Shown: in pieces, positions 26,178 to 34,523 of the stretch
Numbering within the stretch: the stretch's first letter is position 1
How the letters are laid out: each line of letters opens with the position of its first letter
Source: Candidatus Rokuibacteriota bacterium
GTDB lineage: Bacteria > Methylomirabilota > Methylomirabilia > Rokubacteriales > CSP1-6
DNA length: 64,000 nt
Direction of reading: 5' to 3'
NCBI GenBank assembly: GCA_040902305.1
Contig: JBBDXN010000145.1
Location: 3,734-67,733, forward strand
Made by a program: the position numbers and the translations under genes
Notes under the pieces: generated by a model
What the model was told of the DNA's origin: nothing
Seen by the model: only the letters and a program-made list of their open reading frames with translations
Databases searched by the model: none

Positions 26178-26276
26178 TCAACGATCGGGCTGGATGCGAG
26201 GCCACCGGGTCGATCGAGGGCCGGCGGTCGTCTCGGCCTGGAAGTCGGGAGCGGTGTCGCCCAGTCGTAGCGTCAT
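26178..26276 (-). pseudogene. 32-codon ORF resembling the N-terminus of a 1-Cys peroxiredoxin (probable gene relic)
   Basis: GAGGAGAG-6 nt-ATG 26276: MTLRLGDTAPDFQAETTAGP then unrelated RSTRWPRIQPDR-stop. The first 20 aa match the conserved start of Prx6/LsfA-type peroxiredoxins as I recall them. Confidence 0.4.
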
Positions 26277-26310
26277 GGTCGTCTCTCCTCGTGATAGGTG
26301 TGGCCGGTCG

Positions 26311-28011
26311 TCAGCCGTCGAGCCCCTGCGGAACCGGGCCCGGTGATGCGTCGCGGGTCACCGCCGCGACCTCGGCGCCGGCCAGGAAGGTTCGGATCTC
26401 TTCGTCGGTGCGATCGGCGCAGAAGGCGCGGAACGTCTGGCCCTCGCGGCGCTCGGCCACGTAGGCGCGCAGCAGGCGCTCCACCGCCTCCGGCACCTCG
26501 GGGGCGGGGATCCGATAGCCGATGGGCCGCGCCACCGCCTGCTGCCGGCCCACCGCGCCGCCCACGCAAAAGTAGTAGGCGTCCACCAGGCGGCCGTCCA
26601 CCTTGACCTTCTTGCCTTCGATGCCGATGTCGGCGATCCAGTGCTGGCCGCAGCTATTGGGGCAGCCGGTGACGTTGATCCGCACGTGCTCCTGGAAGCC
26701 GGGCAGCCGGTCCTCGAGCTGCTCGACGAGCCAGCCGGCGAAGCCCTTGGTCTCGGTCAGCGCGAGCTTGCAGAACTCGCTGCCCGTGCAGGCCACGGTG
26801 CCGCGACGGAACGGCGAGCCGTCCAGCCGGAAGCCCTTGCGGTCGACCTCGCGCTCGAGCTCGCCCGCGCGGGCGCGCGGCACGTTGACGATCACGAGGT
26901 TCTGCATGGTGGTGGCCCGCAGCTCCCCGGTGCCGAAGCGGTCCGCGAGGGCGGCGAGGCCCCGCATCTCCGGCGGGGTGAGCCGCCCACGGAGAATCGG
27001 CAGGCCCGCGTAGACGAGACCGGCCTGCTTCTGCGGATGGATCCCCACGTGATCGCGATAGGCTTCGTCGGGCAGGGTCTCGGCCACCGCGGGATCCAGC
27101 CGGAAGCCCAGCCGCGTTTCGAGCTCGTGGAGGAACCGGTCGGAGGTCCACCCGTGGTCGAGGAAGAGGAACTTCAGCCGCGCCTTCTCGCGGTTCTGGC
27201 GGAGCACGTCGCTGTCCCGGAAGATCTCCGAGACGCCCTTGACCACCGCGAGCACCTGATCCGGCCGCACGAAGGCGTCGAGCCGGGACGCGAGACGCGG
27301 CTGGGTGGAGAGCCCACCGCCCACGCGCAGCGAGTAGCCCACGTGCCCGCGGTAGCCGTCGCGCACCGCGCTGAGCCCCACGTCGTTGATCTCGGGATAG
27401 CTGCACCAGACGCGGCAGCCGGTGATCGAGACCTTGTACTTGCGCGGCAGGTTGTAGAACTCCGGGCTGCCGTTGACCATGGCGGTGACCGCGTGCACCA
27501 GGGGCGAGGCATCCACGATCTCGTCGGCGTCGAGCCCGGCCAGCGCGCAGCCCGTGACGTTACGCGTGACGTCGCCGCAGGTGCCGAGGCTGCTGAGCCC
27601 GCACCCCCCCAGGGCCGAGAAGATCGTCGGCAGATCCTCGATCCGCACCCAGTGGAGCTGGACGTTCTGGCGCACCGTGAGGTCCGCGACCCCCCGGGCG
27701 TGGCGCTCGGCCAGATCGGCCAGGACGCGGAGCTGGGCGGCGGTCATGATGCCGTTCGGGATGCGGATGCGCAGCATGAAATACGGCACCGCCCGGCCCT
27801 CGCCGCCCTTGCCGCCGACGGCCCCCGCCCCGTCGCCCTGGGTATAGATGCCCCACCAGCGGAAATAGGTGCCGAGCCACTCCGCGGGAATCGCCTCGAA
27901 GCCCTCGCGGGCGAAGCGCTCGATCTCCGAGTAGGCGGCCCACGGGTTCAGCTCCCGCTTGAGCCGCTCCACCCGCTGCGCCTTGGTCTCTCTCACCACG
28001 GTTTCGCTCAC
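26311..28011 (-). CDS. sir: ferredoxin-dependent sulfite (or nitrite) reductase, siroheme/4Fe-4S hemoprotein
   Basis: GTG 28011 preceded by GGAAGGAG, in track ORF 26311..28062: ...GTCGDVTRNVTGC...TGCRVWCS... and ...VACTGSEFCKLALTETK...NVTGCPNSCGQH (siroheme-cluster Cys motifs). Sulfite versus nitrite specificity cannot be resolved by eye; the context (siroheme genes, Cys leader) favours sulfite. Confidence 0.9.
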   Translation of the reverse strand: MSETVVRETKAQRVERLKRELNPWAAYSEIERFAREGFEAIPAEWLGTYFRWWGIYTQGDGAGAVGGKGGEGRAVPYFMLRIRIPNGIMTAAQLRVLADLAERHARGVADLTVRQNVQLHWVRIEDLPTIFSALGGCGLSSLGTCGDVTRNVTGCALAGLDADEIVDASPLVHAVTAMVNGSPEFYNLPRKYKVSITGCRVWCSYPEINDVGLSAVRDGYRGHVGYSLRVGGGLSTQPRLASRLDAFVRPDQVLAVVKGVSEIFRDSDVLRQNREKARLKFLFLDHGWTSDRFLHELETRLGFRLDPAVAETLPDEAYRDHVGIHPQKQAGLVYAGLPILRGRLTPPEMRGLAALADRFGTGELRATTMQNLVIVNVPRARAGELEREVDRKGFRLDGSPFRRGTVACTGSEFCKLALTETKGFAGWLVEQLEDRLPGFQEHVRINVTGCPNSCGQHWIADIGIEGKKVKVDGRLVDAYYFCVGGAVGRQQAVARPIGYRIPAPEVPEAVERLLRAYVAERREGQTFRAFCADRTDEEIRTFLAGAEVAAVTRDASPGPVPQGLDG

Positions 28012-28026
28012 GCGCGCTCCTTCCCC

Positions 28027-28078
28027 TAAAACACGAAAGCCGAGCGGCGGCCGCCTCTTCACGGCCCCCGCTCGGCTT
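28027..28078 (-). terminator. intrinsic terminator / attenuator hairpin immediately upstream of the sir SD
   Basis: Minus strand: AAGCCGAGCGGGGGCC-GUGAAGAGGC-GGCCGCCGCUCGGCUU (16 bp, 1 mismatch), followed by UCGUGUUUUAGG, then GGAAGGAG and GTG 28011. Confidence 0.7.
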
Positions 28079-28105
28079 GCGTCTCGGTGCGACGACGTTC
28101 GGCTG

Positions 28106-28177
28106 CTAGAAGGCCCCCCGGTCCCCTGCTGGACAACAACAGAAGTGCTGGGCGACGCTGATCATGACCTGCTTCAT
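28106..28177 (-). CDS. poly-Cys leader sORF, 23 aa (MKQVMISVAQHFCCCPAGDRGAF)
   Basis: ATG 28177 ... TGT TGT TGT (28141-28133) ... TAG 28108-28106. No SD; a -10 box lies 7 nt upstream (leaderless geometry). Sits between the promoter and the terminator upstream of sulfite reductase. Confidence 0.5.
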   Translation of the reverse strand: MKQVMISVAQHFCCCPAGDRGAF

Positions 28178-28184
28178 GCCGCGA

Positions 28185-28214
28185 ATACTAGTCTAACTCG
28201 AGTGATATTGTCAA
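28185..28214 (-). promoter_or_regulatory. sigma70-like promoter: TTGACA - 18 nt - TAGTAT
   Basis: -35 TTGACA at 28214-28209 (contains the mscS-like stop TGA), -10 TAGTAT at 28190-28185. Locally AT-rich in a 70% GC genome. Confidence 0.45.
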
Positions 28215-29011
28215 GAACTCATAAGTACCCGAACTTCTTGCTTCGGAAGCGGCGTCGGGACGCCGGACGCGGCGAACCGGTCGGCCAGGCTCTTGTAGAT
28301 CTCGGCTTCGCCGGGGACGACGTCCGGCACCCGCACCCAGGGGTTCACGCCCACCCGGACCCCGACCAGCTCGAGCTGCGCCACGCCCACCACCGGAGCC
28401 GGGTCGACGAGCACGCGGGGGTTGGCGGTGACGACCTCGCGGATCATGGCCAGCACCGCGGCGAGGTCCGAGCCGTGCGGCACCATCACGCTCAGGTGGA
28501 TCTGCCGGGTGTGGCCGAAGTTGTGGAGGATCTCGCCCACGATCTTGCGGTTGGGAATGATGATGCGGGAGCGGTCGGGATGCAGCAGGGTGGTGGAGAA
28601 CAGCTCGACGGTGTGCACGTCCCCCTTCTCCCCGACCACCTCGATGTGCTCGCCCACCCGGAACGGCTTGGTGAAGATGATGGTGAGCCCCGCGATGACG
28701 TTGCCGAGCACCCCCTGCAGCGCGATGCCGATGCCGATGCCCGCGACGCCGATGCCCGCGACGAGCGGGGCGATCTGGAAGCCGAACTTGTCGAGCGCGA
28801 TCACCAGCGCGAACAGGACGACGACGATTCTCACGACTCGGACCATCAGCCGGCGCATCGGCGGCTCGAGCGCCATCCGGGTGAGCGGCCGCTCCACCGC
28901 CTTGCCCACCCACCAGGCGGCCATGAAGCCGGCCGCGAGGATCACGAGCGCGCCGAGGACCTGAAACCCGTAGCGGATCGCGAGATCCAGGACCAGATCC
29001 GGGATGGGCAT
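28211..29011 (-). CDS. mechanosensitive ion channel family protein (MscS-like)
   Basis: ATG 29011 preceded by GGGAGG, in track ORF 28211..29029: ...LQGVLGNVIAGLTIIFTKPFRVGEHIEV...GDVHTVELFSTTLLHPDRSRIIIPN... Confidence 0.85.
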   Translation of the reverse strand: MPIPDLVLDLAIRYGFQVLGALVILAAGFMAAWWVGKAVERPLTRMALEPPMRRLMVRVVRIVVVLFALVIALDKFGFQIAPLVAGIGVAGIGIGIALQGVLGNVIAGLTIIFTKPFRVGEHIEVVGEKGDVHTVELFSTTLLHPDRSRIIIPNRKIVGEILHNFGHTRQIHLSVMVPHGSDLAAVLAMIREVVTANPRVLVDPAPVVGVAQLELVGVRVGVNPWVRVPDVVPGEAEIYKSLADRFAASGVPTPLPKQEVRVLMSS

Positions 29012-29069
29012 GGTCGCCTCCCTGCTCATGACCGCGAGCCGTGAGCGTGCATCAGTCTCTCCGCCCGCC

Positions 29070-29657
29070 TCACCGCTCCTTGGTCAGGAAGGTGTCGTTG
29101 CGGTTCTTCGACCAGCACGCCTCGTTCTTCTCGCTGCAGCCGGGCCGCTCCTCGCCGTAGGAGATCGTCGTGATGCGGGAGGCCTCGATCCCCTGGGAGA
29201 CGAGGTAGTTCATGGCCGCCTTGGCCCGCCGCTCGCCCAGGGCGAGGTTGTACTCGGAGGTGCCGCGCTCGTCGCAGTGCCCCTCGATCAGCACGAGCTG
29301 ATTGGAATTGGCCTTGAGGTAGGCCGCGCCGGCGTCGAGCGTCTTGGCGTCCTCGGGCCGCACGTCCGACTTGTCGAACGAGAAGAAGATCGGCTTGAGC
29401 GCGGAGTTGGCCCGGTACTCCTTGGGCGGCGCCGGCGCAGGAGCCGGTGCGGCGGTCGGCGGCGCGACTGGAGCCGGCGCCACCGGGGCGGGCGCCGGGG
29501 CCGGCGCGGCGGGAGTGGGCGGCGCGGCCGCGGGGGGCGGCACGGGCGGCGGCGCGGTGGCCGCGGTCATGGCAGGGCGCTTGGGACAGCCCGCGAGAAG
29601 GAGGGTGAGGGAGACGATCGGCAGCAGCGCGGCGACGGTTCGCACGTGTCCATTCAT
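29070..29657 (-). CDS. pal: peptidoglycan-associated lipoprotein (OmpA-family C-terminal domain)
   Basis: ATG 29657 (AGGAGG 8 nt upstream) in track ORF 29070..29663. Lipobox LLLAGC, Pro/Ala linker, then ...IFFSFDKSDVRPE...LVLIEGHCDERGTSEYNLALGERRA... Confidence 0.9.
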   Translation of the reverse strand: MNGHVRTVAALLPIVSLTLLLAGCPKRPAMTAATAPPPVPPPAAAPPTPAAPAPAPAPVAPAPVAPPTAAPAPAPAPPKEYRANSALKPIFFSFDKSDVRPEDAKTLDAGAAYLKANSNQLVLIEGHCDERGTSEYNLALGERRAKAAMNYLVSQGIEASRITTISYGEERPGCSEKNEACWSKNRNDTFLTKER

Positions 29658-29690
29658 GGTCAAGTCCTCCTAATTGGTCTCCATGTTTGA

Positions 29691-30863
29691 CTACTTTTTC
29701 ATGCGCTGTTCGAGACCGCGCAGCAGCCTCTCCGCCTGGTCGATGTTGCGGCGGGCATTGGCGTTCCCCGGGTCCATCTCGAGCACCACGCGCCACTCCG
29801 CGATGGCTTCCCGGAGCTTCTCCTCGCGGTAGTAGCGTACGCCCCGCGTGTAGTGCTGCTCGATGAAGCGAGTGCGGGCCTGCCGGAGCAGGGCCGGCGT
29901 ATCCTCGTAGTCGGGCTGCAGCCGCGCGAGCTGAGTCAGGCTCTGGATGGACTCGCCGTACTGCCGCGCGGTCATCTGGCCCTTGGCCTGGCCGTAGAGG
30001 GCCTGCTTCTTCAGCGTCAGCCCGTCGCGGTCACCCGGTTTGCCGGCCAGGAACTTGTCCACCGTCGTGATGGCGTCCGGATAGTCGTTGCGCTCGAGCG
30101 CCTCCCGGGCCTCCGCGAGCAACGGATTGACCTCGGGCGTGAACTCGTCCTTGGTCGCGGGCGCGCCGGGCGCCGCGGGCCCGGGGGCCGGGCCGGGCCG
30201 CGGCACGTCGGGGGTGGGGACGGCCGCCACCGCGGGCGCGGGCCGGCGCGCCTCCGGATGGATGAACGGGACGCCCGGGATCTCGGGAATCTTCAGCGTG
30301 GTGCCGGCGGCCAGGCGTGGATTGGGCGGCAGCTGATTGGTCTCCCAGATCACCTCCGACCGCGAGCGGTCGCCGTAGTACCGCTGGGCGAGGGCGGTCA
30401 GGGTATCCCCCGCCCGCACGGTGTGGGTGATGGACTCGACCTCGCGCGTGTCGCTCTGCAGCGCCTCGAAGGCGGCGCGGTTCGACGGGTCGAGGGCGAG
30501 CGCGGCCAGGAACTGCCGCCGCGCCTCCACGTGCACCCCCCGGCCAAGGGCCTTGCGCCCCTCGTCGAGCCGCTCCGCCCCCGCCTGGGCGATTCGCGCC
30601 TGCAGGGCGCGCAGGGACTCGCGCGCCCTGGCATCGCCCGGCGTGATCGCGAGCGCGATCTTCCATTCCTCGGCGGCGCGCCGGAGCTGGCCGTCGCGCT
30701 CCAGCACCTCCGCCTGCTCGCGGTGCCGGGCCGCGAGCGGATCCCGCGCGATGGGGGCGGCCCCCGCGGCGGGCTCGCTCGGTGCGCCGGTCAGCATCGC
30801 GCAGCCGCCGAGCGCCAGGGCGAGCGCCGCGGCGGCGAGCCATCCTCGCTCGGTGGGCTTCAC
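29691..30863 (-). CDS. lipoprotein with TPR repeats and a LysM domain
   Basis: GTG 30863 (GTGA overlap) in track ORF 29691..31838. Lipobox LALGGC; LysM HTVRAGDTLTALAQRYYGDRSRSEVIWETNQL...GTTLKIP; TPR-like helices on both sides. Confidence 0.75.
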   Translation of the reverse strand: MKPTERGWLAAAALALALGGCAMLTGAPSEPAAGAAPIARDPLAARHREQAEVLERDGQLRRAAEEWKIALAITPGDARARESLRALQARIAQAGAERLDEGRKALGRGVHVEARRQFLAALALDPSNRAAFEALQSDTREVESITHTVRAGDTLTALAQRYYGDRSRSEVIWETNQLPPNPRLAAGTTLKIPEIPGVPFIHPEARRPAPAVAAVPTPDVPRPGPAPGPAAPGAPATKDEFTPEVNPLLAEAREALERNDYPDAITTVDKFLAGKPGDRDGLTLKKQALYGQAKGQMTARQYGESIQSLTQLARLQPDYEDTPALLRQARTRFIEQHYTRGVRYYREEKLREAIAEWRVVLEMDPGNANARRNIDQAERLLRGLEQRMKK

Positions 30864-31897
30864 CGCAGATTCTCCTCCTGGAAGACGTTCAGGTTCTTGA
30901 CGAAGTCGTCGAGCGTCATCTCGGAATAGATCTGGCTCCGGTGCCCGGCGAGCGGCCGCACGAAGGAGGCATTGCCCTGGCGCCGGACCGAGAACGCGGC
31001 GACATAGCCGTGCTCCTTCACCTTCGACAGCAGTCCCTCCTCCCAGCGCCCGTAAGGGTAGGCCAGGACCTGGCTCCGCCGCCCGAGGTTGCGATTGAAC
31101 AGGTCCTGCGGCTGCTCCAGCTCCGCCTGCATCCGGCGCGCGTACTGCGCCTCGGTCTCGCCCGCCGCGCGGCGCAGGTCGGCGTGGGTCTTGGTGTGGG
31201 CCTGGATGTCGAAGCCCGCGGCGGCCAGCTCCCGCAGGTCGTTCCAGGACAGCGCGCCGCGCCCCGCCCCCACCCAGTCCGTATAGATGAAGAGGGTGGC
31301 GGTGAAACCCAGCTCCTTGAGGACCGGATAGGCGTGGTCCTTGAAGGCGCGATAGCCGTCGTCGAAGGTGAGCACGACCGCTCGCTGCGGGAGCTGGCGG
31401 TCGAGGCGGGTGAACTCGACGAAGTCGGCGAGGCTCACCACCCGGTAGCCGTTGGTCTTGAGATACCGCATCTGCTCGCGGAAGCTCGCGGCGGCCAGCA
31501 CGAGACGGCCCTTCGCCTGCTCGGCCAGGTTGTGATAGGTGAGGATCGGCACGATCTGGTAGCCGCCCGGCGTCACCCCGCCCGGGTTCCACGGCCGGCG
31601 CGGGATCACGACCTCCTGGCCCGGCGCGAAGGCGCTGCGTCCGGTGTAGTCCTCGATCATCCACGCGCGGTCGCCGCCGCCCAGGTATCGCGCCGCGAGG
31701 GTCTCGGGCGTGTCGCCGGGCTGGGCGAAGGTGACGATGAAATCTTCCGACTCGTAGGCGGCGGGACGCGGCGCCGGCGCGGCGGCCGGCGTCGGGCCGG
31801 ACGCGGGCGGCGTCGCGGTGGCGCAGCCGACGAGCCACAGCGCGGCGACACTTGAAGCCAGAACCCGCCCTCGGACACGCCGCCCGATCATCCCCAT
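30860..31897 (-). CDS. polysaccharide deacetylase family lipoprotein (NodB homology domain)
   Basis: Track ORF of 345 aa. Lipobox LVGC; ...VVLTFDDGYRAF...TLFIYTDW...HTKTH...AYPYG... Confidence 0.85.
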   Translation of the reverse strand: MGMIGRRVRGRVLASSVAALWLVGCATATPPASGPTPAAAPAPRPAAYESEDFIVTFAQPGDTPETLAARYLGGGDRAWMIEDYTGRSAFAPGQEVVIPRRPWNPGGVTPGGYQIVPILTYHNLAEQAKGRLVLAAASFREQMRYLKTNGYRVVSLADFVEFTRLDRQLPQRAVVLTFDDGYRAFKDHAYPVLKELGFTATLFIYTDWVGAGRGALSWNDLRELAAAGFDIQAHTKTHADLRRAAGETEAQYARRMQAELEQPQDLFNRNLGRRSQVLAYPYGRWEEGLLSKVKEHGYVAAFSVRRQGNASFVRPLAGHRSQIYSEMTLDDFVKNLNVFQEENLR

Positions 31898-31925
31898 ATC
31901 CTACGCGACCCGGTCGAGAACGCGC

Positions 31926-33380
31926 TCAAACTACGGCCGCCAACCCCAGCACCTCGTAGACCTCGACTTCCTCTTCCTTGCCCTTGACCCGAATGCGTCC
32001 CAGCGGCCGCGCGTCCACGAGGTCGCGCACGCGCTCGTAGGTGCGGTGGCTGATCAGGATCTGGCCGGGCTTGGCGTTGGACTCGAGCCGCGCCGCGAGG
32101 TTGACGCTGTCGCCGATGACGGTGTACTCCATCCGGTCCTCGGTGCCCACCGTGCCGGCCACCGCCTCGCCGGCGCTGACCCCGATGCCCACCGCGATGG
32201 GCTCCTTGCCGTCGCGCTGCCGGCGCGCGTTGAGGCCGGTGATGCCCTCCTGCATGGCGAGCGCGGTGCGGATGGCGCGCGCGGAGTGATCGGGATGCGC
32301 CATCGGGGCACCGAACACCGCCATCACCGCGTCGCCCAGGAACTTGTCGAGGGTGCCGTCGAACTTGAAGGTGGTCTCGATCATGAGGGTGTAGAAGTCG
32401 TTGAGCAGCAGCACGACCTCCTCCGGGCTCAGGCGCTCCGAGAGCGGGGTGAACCCCCGCACGTCGCAGAAGAGGACGGTCACCTGGCGCCGCTCGCCGG
32501 AGAGGACCAGGTTCTCCGGATCTTTCAGGATCTCCTCCACGACCTCGCGCGCCACGTAGCGGGTGAAGGCGCGCTTGATCATCTCCTTCTCGCGCAGGCT
32601 GCGCGCCATCCGGTTGAAGGAGTCGGTCAGCACGCCCAGCTCGTCGCGCGAGGCCACCGGCAGCGCGATGTTGAAGTTGCCGGAGGCGATCGCGCGGGTC
32701 GCCTGCACCAGGCGGAAGATCGGGCGCGAGAGCAGCGCGGCCAGGCCGACCGCGCCGCCGAGCCCGGCCAGGACCATGAGCAGGGTGATCAGCAGGGCCT
32801 GGTTGCGCGCGCTCACGAGCGCGGCGGTGATCGCCTCCTCGCTGAAGCCCAGGTAGAGCGCGCCGACCGGCACCCCGCTGTACACCAGCGGCACCGCGAA
32901 GTCGATGATGCGGCCCTGCGGCGTCTTGTAGGTCTGGACCAGGAGCCGGTTCTCGAGCGGCTCCAGCTCCTTCGGCCGCACCACCGCGCTCTTCACCGCC
33001 CGCGCGTCGGAGTGGGCGAGCACCTTGCCGTCGTGGTCGGACACGATCACGTAGGCCACGTCCTTGTCCTTCATGGCGTCGGTGACCAGCACCCCGAGGG
33101 TCAGCTCGTCGTTCGTGAGCAGCGGGGTCTTGGCGCCGGCCGCGAAGTTCTCGGCCATGGTGAGCCCGCGCTTGGTCATCTCCGCGGTCAGGCTCTGCTG
33201 CTGTTGCCGGAGCAGGAAGAAGCCCACCAGCGCCACCGCGAGCACCACGAGCGCGGTGATGAGGAGGCTGAGCTTGATCTTGAGCGGCACGCGGATCGCG
33301 GTCGAATCCGGCGCCTCGCCCGCTCCGACCACGTCCGTCGCCACCGGGGAAGCCGCCATCGAGCCGGTCGGGGTGTCCAC
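31926..33380 (-). CDS. membrane-anchored class III adenylate/guanylate cyclase with HAMP domain
   Basis: Track ORF of 484 aa: TM - periplasmic domain - TM - HAMP (LVQATRAIASGNFNIALPV...LTDSFNRMARSL), then cyclase VTVLFCDVRGFTPL...KFLGDAVMAVFGAP...YTVIGDSVNLAARLE. The start could instead be the internal Met. Confidence 0.9.
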   Translation of the reverse strand: MDTPTGSMAASPVATDVVGAGEAPDSTAIRVPLKIKLSLLITALVVLAVALVGFFLLRQQQQSLTAEMTKRGLTMAENFAAGAKTPLLTNDELTLGVLVTDAMKDKDVAYVIVSDHDGKVLAHSDARAVKSAVVRPKELEPLENRLLVQTYKTPQGRIIDFAVPLVYSGVPVGALYLGFSEEAITAALVSARNQALLITLLMVLAGLGGAVGLAALLSRPIFRLVQATRAIASGNFNIALPVASRDELGVLTDSFNRMARSLREKEMIKRAFTRYVAREVVEEILKDPENLVLSGERRQVTVLFCDVRGFTPLSERLSPEEVVLLLNDFYTLMIETTFKFDGTLDKFLGDAVMAVFGAPMAHPDHSARAIRTALAMQEGITGLNARRQRDGKEPIAVGIGVSAGEAVAGTVGTEDRMEYTVIGDSVNLAARLESNAKPGQILISHRTYERVRDLVDARPLGRIRVKGKEEEVEVYEVLGLAAVV

Positions 33381-33389
33381 CCCCCGATT

Positions 33390-34517
33390 CTACAGCCCGT
33401 GCAGCGGGAATATCTTCTCCTGGATCTCCCCCACCTGCCGGCGCGCGTACTCCTCGGCCCAGCGGCGGGTGTCCGGCGGCAGTACCTCGGGCGGATCGGC
33501 CAGGGACAGGATCCCCAGCCCGAGCCGCTGCATGTCCTGGTGACTCTCGCGCGGCAGGGCCAGGGGCAGCTCCACGTCGTTCATGGCCGCCCACGCCGCG
33601 GTCCAGGCCCGGGCCACGTTGGTCAGGTCATAGCCCCCGCCGCCCAGGGCCACGACCCGGGGCGCCAGCGGCAGGAGGCGTTTCACCGCGCGGGTGAAGC
33701 CCTGGACGGTCAGGCTCAAGTGGGTCAGCGGGTCGGTGCGGTGCGAATCGATGCCGAGCTGGATGACCAGCGCGTCGGGCTTGAAGGCGGTCACCAGTGG
33801 AGGGACCACCGCCTCGAACGCCTCGTGGTAGACCGCGTCGTCGGTGAGCGGCTGGAGCGGCACGTTCACCGAATACCCGAGGCCGGCCCCCTCCCCCATC
33901 TCCACCACGAAGCCGGTGCCCGGGAAGAGCCGGTCGCCGCGCTCGTGGGTGGACACCGTGAGCACGTTGGGATCGTCGTAGAAGGCGAACTGGACCCCGT
34001 CGCCGTGGTGCGCGTCGATGTCCACGTAGGCCACCCGGAGGCCGCGCTCGCGCAGGCGCATGATGGCCAGCACCGCGTCGTTGATGTAGCAGAAGCCCGA
34101 GGCCCGCCCGGGCATGGCGTGATGCAGCCCGCCCGCGAAGTGGAAGGCGCGCGTCGCTTCCCCGTCGGCCACCAGCCGCGCCGCCAGCAGGGAGCCGCCC
34201 GCCCCGAGCTGGGCGGCCTCCCAGAGCCCCGGGAAGATCGGGTTGTCGCCCGGGCCGAGCCCGTAGCGGGCGGCGTGCGGCACCCAGTCCCCCGCGCTCA
34301 CCGCGCGCAGGACCTCGATGTATTCGCGCGAGTGGAAGCGGGCGATCTCGTCGAGCTCGGCGGCCTCGGGTGCCAGCACCTTGGCGCGCGGCAGCGTGGT
34401 GAGGCCGTAGGCCTCCATCAACCGCCAGGTGAGCCCGAGCCGCTCCATGCGGAGCGGGTGCTCCGGCCCGTAGTCGAACTGGCGCCACTCGTCGGAGTAG
34501 ATGATCGCGGTGGTCAT
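33390..34517 (-). CDS. histone deacetylase-family enzyme (AcuC / acetylpolyamine amidohydrolase-like)
   Basis: Track ORF of 375 aa: ...AGGLHHAMPGRASGFCYINDAV...VDIDAHHGDGVQ...GGGGY... Confidence 0.85.
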   Translation of the reverse strand: MTTAIIYSDEWRQFDYGPEHPLRMERLGLTWRLMEAYGLTTLPRAKVLAPEAAELDEIARFHSREYIEVLRAVSAGDWVPHAARYGLGPGDNPIFPGLWEAAQLGAGGSLLAARLVADGEATRAFHFAGGLHHAMPGRASGFCYINDAVLAIMRLRERGLRVAYVDIDAHHGDGVQFAFYDDPNVLTVSTHERGDRLFPGTGFVVEMGEGAGLGYSVNVPLQPLTDDAVYHEAFEAVVPPLVTAFKPDALVIQLGIDSHRTDPLTHLSLTVQGFTRAVKRLLPLAPRVVALGGGGYDLTNVARAWTAAWAAMNDVELPLALPRESHQDMQRLGLGILSLADPPEVLPPDTRRWAEEYARRQVGEIQEKIFPLHGL

Positions 34518-34523
34518 GCGCGG

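Noticed and set aside
28079-28177. SAM (S-box, SAM-IV) or other known riboswitch in the sulfite reductase leader
   Set aside because: A GGUCAUGA...CAGCGUC stretch superficially recalls SAM-IV. However, I cannot find the conserved GGCAACC / GGUGCC elements or the pseudoknot partners. The poly-Cys sORF explanation fits the sequence better.
29400-29580. Pro/Ala-rich repetitive DNA inside pal, and the 15-bp tandem-like GGTGCCGCNTTGGTG repeats inside the cyclophilin gene (52550-52610)
   Set aside because: These are low-complexity linker regions of secreted or lipoproteins ([15 protein letters not shown]), not independent repeat elements.
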